This document shows, piece by piece, positions 34,590-46,692 of a stretch of DNA of 64,000 nt (its first letter is position 1; each line of letters starts with the position of its first letter). Position numbers and translations under genes: made by a program. This DNA is from Alphaproteobacteria bacterium (lineage in GTDB: Bacteria; Pseudomonadota; Alphaproteobacteria; SPJN01), in assembly GCA_965229935.1 (NCBI GenBank), contig CBDDKB010000002.1, forward strand, positions 1,283 to 65,282. Direction: 5' to 3'. Below the pieces are notes generated by a model. The model worked only from the letters and a program-made list of their open reading frames with translations, made no database searches and was not told where the DNA came from.

Positions 34590-34859
34590 ATGAAACGGAC
34601 CTATATTGCCTTGATCAGAAAAGAACCGGAAACCGAATATTGGGTCGATATTCCCGATATTCCGGGCTGCGTGTCCGCTGGCAAGACTATTGATGAAGCG
34701 CGGGCCAGTTTTGCCGAAGCTATCGACTTTCATGTAGAAGGGATGCTGCAAGAGGGAGCGCCCATTCCGGAGCCGCGCTTGTTCAACGATGTATTGGCCT
34801 CTGAGAAAGACAGCTATGTCGATCACTATGAGATCGAAATCAATCTCACCTTGCACTGA
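34590..34859 (+). CDS. hicB: HicB-family antitoxin (no adjacent HicA)
   Basis: YWVDIPDIPGCVSAGKTIDEA...AI..H...PIPEP. Confidence 0.85.
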   Translation: MKRTYIALIRKEPETEYWVDIPDIPGCVSAGKTIDEARASFAEAIDFHVEGMLQEGAPIPEPRLFNDVLASEKDSYVDHYEIEINLTLH

Positions 34860-34923
34860 CTGTTTTAAGAATCATTCTCAAAAATTGAATTGACCGACGT
34901 GAAATATCTGGTAGCTTGAAATT

Positions 34924-35247
34924 ATGACTCGTCGGGTGCCCACATTACTGGTGATCGCTTCGCTCGTGCTGATGGCACTGGCGTCAGGCTTTCACGCGCA
35001 TGCAAATATTGCGGTCGATGATCATGGAACAATACAGCTTTCGGTGGATGATTCAGTAGATTCCGATCCCTTTGAGGATTGCGATCAATGTGAGTGCCAT
35101 CTTGGTTGTGGCCACATCATTGGCCATCTTTCTGATCTGACCATTGCAGTGCCGGATGCGTCGGCGATCTCTCTTTCGCGTCACGCCGACCGGGTGCGAG
35201 GTTCACCTCACTACCCGATGAATAAACCTCCCAAAACGATAGCGTAA
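34924..35247 (+). CDS. CzcI-like leader protein
   Basis: Signal peptide, CDQCECHLGCGH, C-terminal KPP; upstream of czcCBA. Confidence 0.65.
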   Translation: MTRRVPTLLVIASLVLMALASGFHAHANIAVDDHGTIQLSVDDSVDSDPFEDCDQCECHLGCGHIIGHLSDLTIAVPDASAISLSRHADRVRGSPHYPMNKPPKTIA

Positions 35248-35343
35248 ACGCAGACGGAATCCGTTTGCGAGAAGGCAGTTCCTGTTTCGCGCAGGGAAAT
35301 GAACAGGCTTGTTCTGTTCACAATCGTTTTGAGTGAGGTACAT

Positions 35344-36603
35344 ATGAGAAAGGCAATTTTGGTATTATTGGTGGGGCTGATGCCTCTCGGAAGTGTGGGA
35401 AGCGCAGCGGCTGAGGAGGCTGTGCCAGCCCGTGCAATTTTGACGCTGGAAGAGGCAACAGATATGGCGATAGCCGTGTCACCCGCCCTAAAGGCATCAA
35501 TGGCAATGCGGGACGCAGCGATAGGCCGCGAAACACAGGCGGGGTTGTGGCAAAACCCGGAACTGGAGCTAGAGGTAGAGAATTTTGCGGGAACGGGTCC
35601 ATATGATGGGACGGATTCTGCCGAATATTTTGCAGGTGTCGGTCAGACATTTGAAATAGGCGGTAAGCGGGGTGCTCGGCAAGAACAGGCATCTTTGTTG
35701 CGGTCTGCGGCGGATTTGCAAACAGAGGCTATGCGCCTTGAGATAGTGCGCGATGTTCATATCGCATACGAGACTGTCCTAGTTGAACAAGAAGCGCTTC
35801 GACTGGCGCAGTCCCAAGAAAGTCTTGCCCGTGAAGTCCATGATATTGTGAAAAAACGGGTTGCGGCGGCAGCGTCGTCTGACATCCAGCTCAGCAAGGC
35901 AGAAGTTGCGCTTAGTACCGCTGTTATTGCGCGCGAAAATGCAGAGCGGGAACTTGCCATAGCCAAGGCATCACTCGCGAGCTTGCTCGGCTTAGCTCAC
36001 CTCAGTCATGTGCTTGACAGCGATCATTTCTACGAGCTTTCACCTCCCAATGATCTGCAATCCTATCAAGCGCGTTTGGCAGATAGCCCCAATCTGCTTG
36101 CTATTGCAATGGCGGCATCTGGACAGAAAGCGGCGATAAGGCTTGCCAAGGCGCAGGCCATCCCCGATCCGACCTTTAGAGTTGGTATACGGCGCTTTAA
36201 CGACACCGACGACAATGCTGTTATTGCAGGTGCTTCAATTCCGTTGCCCGTATTGAACCGTAATCAGGGCGGTGTTGCGGAGGAAGAAGCACTCTACCAG
36301 CAACAACTTCGGAATGCGGAGGATGCCAGAAGGCTCGCCGGTCAACAACTTGTTGAAGCATGGCAAAATTGGCAGACAGCCTATCGGGAAGCAAACCGCT
36401 TCCAATCCACATTGATACCGGCAGCCGAGAAGGCATACCGCCTGTCCCGTGAAGGTTTTGAAAAAGGCCGGTTCCCATTTTTAGAAGTTCTTGATGCGCA
36501 GCGCACTTTGTTTCAGGCGCGCGCCGGGCATCACAACGCACTTAAACGCTACCACGTCTCACGCGCTGACGTTGAGCGTCTTACAACATCATCAGGAGAA
36601 TAA
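35344..36603 (+). CDS. czcC: Outer membrane factor of the HME-RND pump
   Basis: Signal peptide, NPEL..E, IPLPVLNRNQG, FLEVLDAQRTL. Confidence 0.85.
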   Translation: MRKAILVLLVGLMPLGSVGSAAAEEAVPARAILTLEEATDMAIAVSPALKASMAMRDAAIGRETQAGLWQNPELELEVENFAGTGPYDGTDSAEYFAGVGQTFEIGGKRGARQEQASLLRSAADLQTEAMRLEIVRDVHIAYETVLVEQEALRLAQSQESLAREVHDIVKKRVAAAASSDIQLSKAEVALSTAVIARENAERELAIAKASLASLLGLAHLSHVLDSDHFYELSPPNDLQSYQARLADSPNLLAIAMAASGQKAAIRLAKAQAIPDPTFRVGIRRFNDTDDNAVIAGASIPLPVLNRNQGGVAEEEALYQQQLRNAEDARRLAGQQLVEAWQNWQTAYREANRFQSTLIPAAEKAYRLSREGFEKGRFPFLEVLDAQRTLFQARAGHHNALKRYHVSRADVERLTTSSGE

Positions 36604-36605
36604 AA

Positions 36606-37760
36606 ATGACAACAACAAACTCTCTTAAACTTCCACTCGTGCTTTTAGCAGGGCTGCTTCTTGCTCTTGGCTCCGTAACAACATCTGTACTGGCGGAATC
36701 TGACGAAGCTGGCCACGCTGCCCATCGGCATGGTGAACATGGTCATGACGAAAATGAATCTGCCGATCATGCCATAGAAGGATCGGATGTTGATCATTCC
36801 GGCCATGATCATGAAGACGAAATGAATGGAAATGACCATGATGAGTCTGGCGATAAACATGACGGCCACGATCATGACACTCATAAGCCTGCCCGCGATG
36901 AGCATGATGATCATGGTCACGGTGGGCATGATGAACACGAAGAGGGCAGCACGAAAATAAGCCCTGACTCAGCTGCACGCATGGGCGTGGTTGTGGACCA
37001 GGCAGGACCGGCCACGATTGCAAAAACCGTCGCGCTGACCGGACGCATTACACTTGATCAAAATCGGAAGGCCGATGTGCGCGCCCGGTTTGCGGGAATT
37101 GTTCACTCCGTGAATGTAGAACTGGGTGAGACGGTAAAGAAGGGGCAGTTGCTGGCAGTTGTTGAGGCAAATGAGAGCCTGCGTGACTTTCGCGTGGTAG
37201 CCCCGATAGACGGGGTTGTATTAAGCCGGAACACCAATGTCGGTGATGTCACAGGCGTTGATCCGCTGTTCAAAATCGCAGACCTTTCAGAAGTCTGGGC
37301 CAAGTTTCATGTTTTCCCGCGTGATGCGGAACGCATTGCGGCTGAGCAAGCAGTCACCATTCATACGCTTGAGCGGGACAAGACCGCGGCGGCTAAAATT
37401 ACCATGTTGTTTCCGACAGCGGACGCTCTTAGCCAAACGCTTGTCGCGATTGTTCCGCTTGCAAATCAAGAAGGCGCTTGGAAGCCGGGCATGACCGTTG
37501 AAGGTGATGTTGCAGTTTCAAGTCGGCAGGTGCAGATCGCTGTCCCGCACAGTGCGGTCCAGAAAATGGAAGAATATGGAGACGTGGTGTTCGTCACTGA
37601 CGGAAATCGGTTCAAACCAAATCCTGTCAAACTTGGTGTCTCAGATTCGAAGTTTGTTGAGGTTTTGGACGGCCTTACGGCAGGACAAGCCTATGTCGCC
37701 AAAGGCAGCTTCATCATCAAATCAGACATTTTGAAAGCCACTGCGGCTCATTCTCACTAA
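36606..37760 (+). CDS. czcB: Periplasmic adaptor with His/Asp-rich insert
   Basis: VRARFAG, APIDGVV, IADLSEVW, WKPGM; long His-rich N-terminal region. Confidence 0.85.
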   Translation: MTTTNSLKLPLVLLAGLLLALGSVTTSVLAESDEAGHAAHRHGEHGHDENESADHAIEGSDVDHSGHDHEDEMNGNDHDESGDKHDGHDHDTHKPARDEHDDHGHGGHDEHEEGSTKISPDSAARMGVVVDQAGPATIAKTVALTGRITLDQNRKADVRARFAGIVHSVNVELGETVKKGQLLAVVEANESLRDFRVVAPIDGVVLSRNTNVGDVTGVDPLFKIADLSEVWAKFHVFPRDAERIAAEQAVTIHTLERDKTAAAKITMLFPTADALSQTLVAIVPLANQEGAWKPGMTVEGDVAVSSRQVQIAVPHSAVQKMEEYGDVVFVTDGNRFKPNPVKLGVSDSKFVEVLDGLTAGQAYVAKGSFIIKSDILKATAAHSH

Positions 37761-40934
<3,174 letters not shown>

Positions 40935-41000
40935 TATTTGTTGAAAGAATGGGCCATGGCAGGTGAAATGCTGCCGTGGTGTCTATAGAAGGATTTAACT

Positions 41001-41603
41001 ATGAGTGATTGCGGCTGCGAGTTTGAAGCAAAAGACGAAGCCCAAAAGAAAGTGCTCATCTGGCTTTTGCTAATCAATTTGTCGATGTTTTTTGCAGAAT
41101 TTGGTGCAGGCATCCTTGTTCAGTCGACTGCCTTGATTTCGGATTCCCTTGATATGTTTGCGGACGCGGCGGTTTATTCCATCGGCTTGTATGCCGTTGG
41201 CCGTGCCGCGTCCGTTAAATCAAAAGCGGCTCTATTTAGCGGTATAGCCCAAATACTTCTTGCGCTTTTTGCGATGCAGGAAGTTGTTCGCCGCTTTGTG
41301 GAAGGTGGCAGCCCTGATCCAGTTTTTATGATCGGTGTTGGCAGTATGGCACTGGTCGCGAACGTTATTTGTCTCAAGCTTATCTCTAAACATCGAGACG
41401 GTGATGTAAATATGAGGGCAAGCTGGATATTTTCCGTTAATGATGTGATTGCCAACACTGGTGTGATCATCGGCGGCATACTGGTGTACCTTCTCGATAA
41501 TCGCATGCCAGACTTGGTGGTGGGTGCCATTATTGGCTTTATTGTCCTGCGAGGGGGTGTCCGAATTATTCTTGAGGCCCGCAAAGAAATGCGGACTGAA
41601 TAA
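41001..41603 (+). CDS. Short CDF cation efflux transporter (CzcD-like)
   Basis: STALISDSLDMFAD, NMRASWIFSVND, PDL; N-terminal CGC. Confidence 0.85.
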   Translation: MSDCGCEFEAKDEAQKKVLIWLLLINLSMFFAEFGAGILVQSTALISDSLDMFADAAVYSIGLYAVGRAASVKSKAALFSGIAQILLALFAMQEVVRRFVEGGSPDPVFMIGVGSMALVANVICLKLISKHRDGDVNMRASWIFSVNDVIANTGVIIGGILVYLLDNRMPDLVVGAIIGFIVLRGGVRIILEARKEMRTE

Positions 41604-41794
41604 TCGTGGAACCAAAAGCTGACTATATCCCGGTATTGCGATATCGGTTCCTGACACCCTTATATGATGCTGCCATAGCGCTTTTGACACGGGAGGTGTC
41701 TGAGTGACATCGGAGGGCCGACCATTGATACAAATCAATGCGGCGTCATTTGTATCCACCGATCATTATCCCTCTTACAAGATGGGAGGTTTCT

Positions 41795-42058
41795 ATGCTC
41801 AATAGTTCTGCTTTGGCCGCTGCATTTGCAGGTGCGGTCGCGATCATATGGTTTATATGTGGTCTTCTGATATGGCTGATGCCTAGCATGATGGTCGGGA
41901 TGTCCGGTCACATGCTGCACACAGATTTTGGCGACATGTCGTGGCACATGCCCCTGATCGGATTTTTGATCGGGGGGCTTGCCTGGACCGTCGTGGCGGG
42001 CGTTACCGGATATCTCATTGGTTGGCTATATAATCGTGTGAATGGTCAGCCGGGCTAA
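41795..42058 (+). CDS. Small Met/His-rich two-TM protein (DUF5676-like)
   Basis: GGGAGG RBS; WFICG...HMLH..., C-terminal GWLYN. Confidence 0.65.
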   Translation: MLNSSALAAAFAGAVAIIWFICGLLIWLMPSMMVGMSGHMLHTDFGDMSWHMPLIGFLIGGLAWTVVAGVTGYLIGWLYNRVNGQPG

Positions 42059-42330
42059 CGTCTGGATTTTGAGATCAATTCTAAGAGTTCACCGATCTTC
42101 TGGTTTTGCTCTTGTGTGTTGCCAGATTCGATAGCGTCCTGAATGCAGGTTTCTGCATGATGTTTAAGGACGGTTTCTTCAACCCGGGCTAAAGCGGCAC
42201 GCGCTGCCTGAATCTGATGGATGATATCAATGCAATAGCGGTCATCTTCGACCATTTGCATGATGCCACGCACCTGGCCTTCTATACGCCGCAAGCGCTT
42301 TTGTATGTCGGTTTGAGAGCTCATTGACAT
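42055..42330 (-). CDS. csoR: CsoR/RcnR family metal-sensing repressor
   Basis: RLRRIEGQVRGI, RYC, HAETC (C-H-C copper ligands). Confidence 0.88.
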   Translation of the reverse strand: MSMSSQTDIQKRLRRIEGQVRGIMQMVEDDRYCIDIIHQIQAARAALARVEETVLKHHAETCIQDAIESGNTQEQNQKIGELLELISKSRR

Positions 42331-42352
42331 ATACCCTATAGGGGTATATGGT
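42324..42352 (+). promoter_or_regulatory. cop operon promoter with CsoR-type operator
   Basis: TTGACA-17 bp-TATGGT overlapped by dyad CATATACCC-TATAG-GGGTATATG (42328-42350). Confidence 0.82.
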
Positions 42353-42374
42353 GGGTTTGTGAAGAGGAAATCGT

Positions 42375-42776
42375 ATGGTTGTGGTTCATAAATTTATAGC
42401 CTCCATGCTTCTTGTCGCAATGCTTGCGGCGGGACCTCTTTGCACATGCGCTTTGGCGATGGAAGCTAACGCGCCAATGACTATGGCTAGTATGGATGGT
42501 GCAGACCATTCTGCTTGCGATGAAAGCGCGGTTGACATTGACGCACATGGCGATTGTCAGGATCAATGCCATGATATGGCGCTTGAAGAGGCGGTGCTGG
42601 CCCCTGCCGAAGCGGCGCTTGGGTCACCATCAGATAAAGTCGAATTCGTTGCACTTGCTGTTAATATAGAGCGGCCACGTTATGCGCCATCTATAGAGCG
42701 TAAGAGCGGACCGCCGTCGCAGCGAACTTTAAAGCAAGATACACCGGTTTCTCTGCATACACTTTTATTGAACTAG
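42375..42776 (+). CDS. Leader-type protein upstream of copA
   Basis: Signal peptide, CTC, HGDCQDQCH, SGPP. Confidence 0.65.
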   Translation: MVVVHKFIASMLLVAMLAAGPLCTCALAMEANAPMTMASMDGADHSACDESAVDIDAHGDCQDQCHDMALEEAVLAPAEAALGSPSDKVEFVALAVNIERPRYAPSIERKSGPPSQRTLKQDTPVSLHTLLLN

Positions 42777-42859
42777 ACAAGTTTTTTTGAGTTGCCTTTT
42801 TATCGGGCCGCTCGGGCGTTGTCGTTTGTTCAATTGTTAAGTGTAGAAAGAGAAAAACT

Positions 42860-44812
42860 ATGAAATCGCAAAAAGTTGGCAGGAGACAAGTCCTGCAGGG
42901 CATGGCCAGCATTGGCCTGGGCATGGGGTTAAACAGCTTGTTACCCTCTTGGGCCTGGCCAGCAAGTAGAGGAAACTCTGGCTTACAAGAACTAAGAGGA
43001 ACAGAATTTGACCTCAATATCGGAAAATTCAGTTTCCCAATCGGGGGACGCGCCGCTCATGCTGTTGGTGTGAACGGAACGGTTCCTGCCCCGCTAATCC
43101 GCTTTCGTGAGGGTGATGAGATCACCTTGCGTGTTCACAATCACCTGATGAAAGACACGTCTATTCATTGGCACGGGCTTTTGGTGCCGTTTCAAATGGA
43201 CGGCGTGCCGGGCGTGACCTTTCCCGGCATTAAGCCGGGTGAGACCTTTGCCTATAAGTTTGCTGTGCCGCAATCGGGTACCTATTGGTATCATTCCCAT
43301 TCGGGTTTGCAGGAACAGCTTGGTCATTACGGGCCGCTGATTATCGACCCCAAAGGGGCTGATCCGGTTCATTATGATCGCGAATATGTGTTGGTGCTGG
43401 GCGACTGGACATTCGAAAACCCGCACCGCGTGTTCGCGAAGCTCAAGAAAATGAGCGATAACTACAATTACCAGCAACGCGATCTTGGCGACTTTATCGA
43501 CGATGTGGGTGAAAAAGGGCTAGGTGCGACATTGGAGGACCGGGCCATGTGGGGCGCGATGCGTATGTCGCCTCGTGATATCTCGGATATTGGCGCGCCC
43601 GCGTACACCTATTTGATCAATGGTCATTCTACAGCAGATAACTGGAACGGCATTTTTGTGCCGGGGGAACGTGTCCGTCTGCGGATAATCAATGCGGCAG
43701 CGATGACATTATTCAATATCCGCATTCCCGGCTTGCCGATGACAATTGTGCAGTCAGATGGGCTGAACGTGCAGCCACTGGAAGTTGATGAATTCCAGAT
43801 GGGCGTCGCGGAAACTTATGACGTCATCATCGAACCCAAGGAGGACAGGGCTTATGCCTTCGTTGCTGAGTCCATCGATCGGTCGGGACAGGCGGTTGCG
43901 ACACTCGGGCCAAGACCTGGTATGCGGGCGAAAGAGCCTGCCCTCCGTGCGGTGCCGACACTAACCATGCGCGATATGGGGATGGATCATGGCGCACATG
44001 GCGGCGGGGGTGGTCATGGCAGCCATGATATGAACAGTAAAGATAATGCTAGGAAGATGGACCATAGTGCCATGCCACACAATATGGGCGCTTCCGTGGA
44101 CCATAGCAAAATGGACCACAGCATGCATGCAGGTCATAGCGGAATGATGCCCGATCCGCACGGGCCGCCTGTTCAGGAAGCAAAAATTGAGCGTGGTCCT
44201 GGTGTTGTCAATGTGGCTGCAATGCCTGTGAGTCGATTGGATGAACCGGGTATTGGTCTTGATAATGTCCCCCATCGCGTTCTGCGTTATAGCCAGCTTC
44301 GCGCGCTGGAGCGTAATCCCGACTTGCGTGAACCGGAGCGGGAGGTTGTCGTTCACCTAACCAGCAATATGGAGCGTTACATGTGGTCGTTTGACGGCGT
44401 GAAGTTCTCCGAAGTGATCGAGTCGATAAAGTTTCATGAGGGTGAGCGCGTACGACTGACGATGGTGAACGATACCATGATGCCTCACCCCATCCATTTG
44501 CATGGCATGTTCTTTGATCTTGTCAATGGGGGCGGCGAACACAAGCCGCGAAAGCATACGGTGGTCGTTAAACCCGGCGAAAAACTGTCCGTTGATGTCA
44601 GCGCGGAGCATGTGGGGGATTGGGCGTTCCACTGCCACCTCATCTACCACATGCATGCAGGCATGATGCAGGTCGTATCTGTTTTGCCGAAGGCCAAAGC
44701 GGAGGAGCATGACCATCATCAGATGATGAAGCGCAAGAAAGCGATGCCAAAATCCGGCAGCGATATGCATCAACATCACCACATGCATCATGGAAAGGGA
44801 GGCGACCAATGA
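42860..44812 (+). CDS. copA: Copper-resistance multicopper oxidase
   Basis: Tat RR signal, HWHG, WYHSH, HPIHLHG, HCHLIYHMHAGM; Met/His-rich loop. Confidence 0.95.
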   Translation: MKSQKVGRRQVLQGMASIGLGMGLNSLLPSWAWPASRGNSGLQELRGTEFDLNIGKFSFPIGGRAAHAVGVNGTVPAPLIRFREGDEITLRVHNHLMKDTSIHWHGLLVPFQMDGVPGVTFPGIKPGETFAYKFAVPQSGTYWYHSHSGLQEQLGHYGPLIIDPKGADPVHYDREYVLVLGDWTFENPHRVFAKLKKMSDNYNYQQRDLGDFIDDVGEKGLGATLEDRAMWGAMRMSPRDISDIGAPAYTYLINGHSTADNWNGIFVPGERVRLRIINAAAMTLFNIRIPGLPMTIVQSDGLNVQPLEVDEFQMGVAETYDVIIEPKEDRAYAFVAESIDRSGQAVATLGPRPGMRAKEPALRAVPTLTMRDMGMDHGAHGGGGGHGSHDMNSKDNARKMDHSAMPHNMGASVDHSKMDHSMHAGHSGMMPDPHGPPVQEAKIERGPGVVNVAAMPVSRLDEPGIGLDNVPHRVLRYSQLRALERNPDLREPEREVVVHLTSNMERYMWSFDGVKFSEVIESIKFHEGERVRLTMVNDTMMPHPIHLHGMFFDLVNGGGEHKPRKHTVVVKPGEKLSVDVSAEHVGDWAFHCHLIYHMHAGMMQVVSVLPKAKAEEHDHHQMMKRKKAMPKSGSDMHQHHHMHHGKGGDQ

Positions 44813-45609
44813 GACATTTCAGATCAAAAATTCAGGCCGCTTTAGGTGCTGTTTTGTTTTTAACCAGTAGTGCAGTAGCGAATGCAGAAGAGGGAAGCCC
44901 CCCTTGGTCGCAGGCCGACAGCTATTGGGGCGCCGAAGCGATGGCGAAATCTCGCGCGGAAGTGCAGTCATCACATGGTTCGATGCCTCATCTGTTCGCA
45001 ATGGCGGACAGGCTGGAAACGCAATTTTCAGATGGTAATAAAGTTGCTGTTTGGGACGTGCAGGGCTGGTATGGCGGCGACACTGACAAGTTCTGGGTTA
45101 AGTCAGAGGGCGAATGGCACCTTGGTGAAGAGGTCGAAGATGCAGAAATGCAGGCCTTATGGTCTCATGCCGTTTCATCCTTTTGGGATGTGCAGGCAGG
45201 CATCCGGTATGATTGGGAGCCCGATAGCCGTGCGCATGCCGTGCTAGGTATTCAGGGCTTGGCACCCTACTGGTTCGAGGTGGATGCGGTAGCATTCCTG
45301 AGTGATGAGGGTGATCTTACCGCCAGAGTTGAAACTGAATACGAGCTGCTTTTAACGCAGCGTTTGATTCTGCAACCGCGTGCGGAGCTTGAGATGTCCG
45401 CGCAGGATGTTTCCGATCGGAATATTGGCGCGGGTTTTACCAATCTCGATCTGGGCTTACGTCTTCGGTACGAATTTGTGCGCGAGGTTGCACCCTATAT
45501 TGGTGTTGAGTGGCAAAAATCACTCGGAGAAACAGGAAACATGATCGAAGCGACTGGCGGGGATGATGACAATGCCGTCTTTGTACTTGGTATCAGAGCT
45601 TGGTTTTAA
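44809..45609 (+). CDS. copB: Copper resistance protein B (outer membrane)
   Basis: GWYGGD, GLAPYWFE, LTQRLILQP, GLRLRYE, APYIG, C-terminal WF. Confidence 0.92.
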   Translation: MRHFRSKIQAALGAVLFLTSSAVANAEEGSPPWSQADSYWGAEAMAKSRAEVQSSHGSMPHLFAMADRLETQFSDGNKVAVWDVQGWYGGDTDKFWVKSEGEWHLGEEVEDAEMQALWSHAVSSFWDVQAGIRYDWEPDSRAHAVLGIQGLAPYWFEVDAVAFLSDEGDLTARVETEYELLLTQRLILQPRAELEMSAQDVSDRNIGAGFTNLDLGLRLRYEFVREVAPYIGVEWQKSLGETGNMIEATGGDDDNAVFVLGIRAWF

Positions 45610-45620
45610 GGGAGGTAGAA

Positions 45621-46289
45621 ATGTTGTCATTGATTGAACCAAATATTCATCCGGTCCTCGTTCATTTTGCATATGCGCTGAGTGTAACGGCTGCCGGTCT
45701 TTATGTGCTGTCCAAGGTTGAGATTGTATCCAGTCGTCTGCCAGCCATCCGGCAGAGCGCTGATCTGATCCTTGGGCTGGCAGTTTTATCTGTAGTCTTG
45801 ACGGTGGCGGCAGGGTTTCAGGCCTATTTCACGGTCGGGCATGACGGTCCTTCGCATGAAGCGATGACGGTCCACCGTAATTGGGCGCTCGGAGCGGCAG
45901 TATTTTTGATGGCCCTTGCGATATGGCGATGGATCAAGCGGGCATCGGAGCCTTCCCTGGCATTTGTGGGCGCAATGCTGATCTCGGCGACTTTGTTTAC
46001 GACCGCCGCATGGTGGGGTGGTCATATCGTTTATGGCTATGGTCTAGGCGTTAAGCAACTACCGGCAATCAGCGGAGCAGGCCACGACCATCACGGAGAT
46101 TCCGGTGCTCATGATCATGGAGAGGCAATGGATATGCACGAAACCATGCCCGATGACGAGAACTCTCAAACGCATGGCGAAAGTAGCGCGCCGCATGTTG
46201 ATAAGCCAAACGTAACGGATGAGCAGCCAACGCAGAGCAAAGATGAAGAGGTAAGTGCCCCGCATGATCATGACGGGCATGCTCATTAG
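45621..46289 (+). CDS. DUF2231-like membrane protein with His-rich tail
   Basis: NIHPVLVHF, H..M..H, WGGHIVYGYG. Confidence 0.75.
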   Translation: MLSLIEPNIHPVLVHFAYALSVTAAGLYVLSKVEIVSSRLPAIRQSADLILGLAVLSVVLTVAAGFQAYFTVGHDGPSHEAMTVHRNWALGAAVFLMALAIWRWIKRASEPSLAFVGAMLISATLFTTAAWWGGHIVYGYGLGVKQLPAISGAGHDHHGDSGAHDHGEAMDMHETMPDDENSQTHGESSAPHVDKPNVTDEQPTQSKDEEVSAPHDHDGHAH

Positions 46290-46421
46290 CACCTAATAGC
46301 GATAGATCAATCGAGGGCTTTGGTCTGACGTGTATTGAGCGTTTGGTCTGGCAATGAAAACCATAGCTGACACACCACCGCTCTAACAACTTTGTCCCTC
46401 ACATAATGAAAGGAATGTGCA

Positions 46422-46568
46422 ATGCGCGCTATAAAGAAAACAACTCTATTAATTTCACTGGTTCTGTTGACAGCGACTATGGGCTTGACGGCGTGTAGCG
46501 GTAACAGCGGCTATCCGGGACAATATGAACGAAGTGGTGGCGGTGGCCATGGTGGCCATAGTCACTAA
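46422..46568 (+). CDS. 48-aa lipoprotein ending in GHGGHSH
   Basis: Not in ORF track; AAGGA RBS; MRAIKKTTLLISLVLLTATMGLTA-CSGNSGYPGQYERSGGGGHGGHSH with LTAC lipobox. Confidence 0.7.
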   Translation: MRAIKKTTLLISLVLLTATMGLTACSGNSGYPGQYERSGGGGHGGHSH

Positions 46569-46692
46569 GGATGAAGCAAACACCGGAGCTTTCTGAAGGG
46601 AACGCTCCGGTGCTACATCACGCGATATGAAACAGATTTCTATCGGCAGCGTGATTGCGTTCGACACCGAATACTGACGCGGAATACTGAAA

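Noticed and set aside
36710-36945. His/Asp-rich low-complexity repeats in czcB (also copA)
   Set aside because: Coding metal-binding tracts that are common in these families, not a DNA repeat element.
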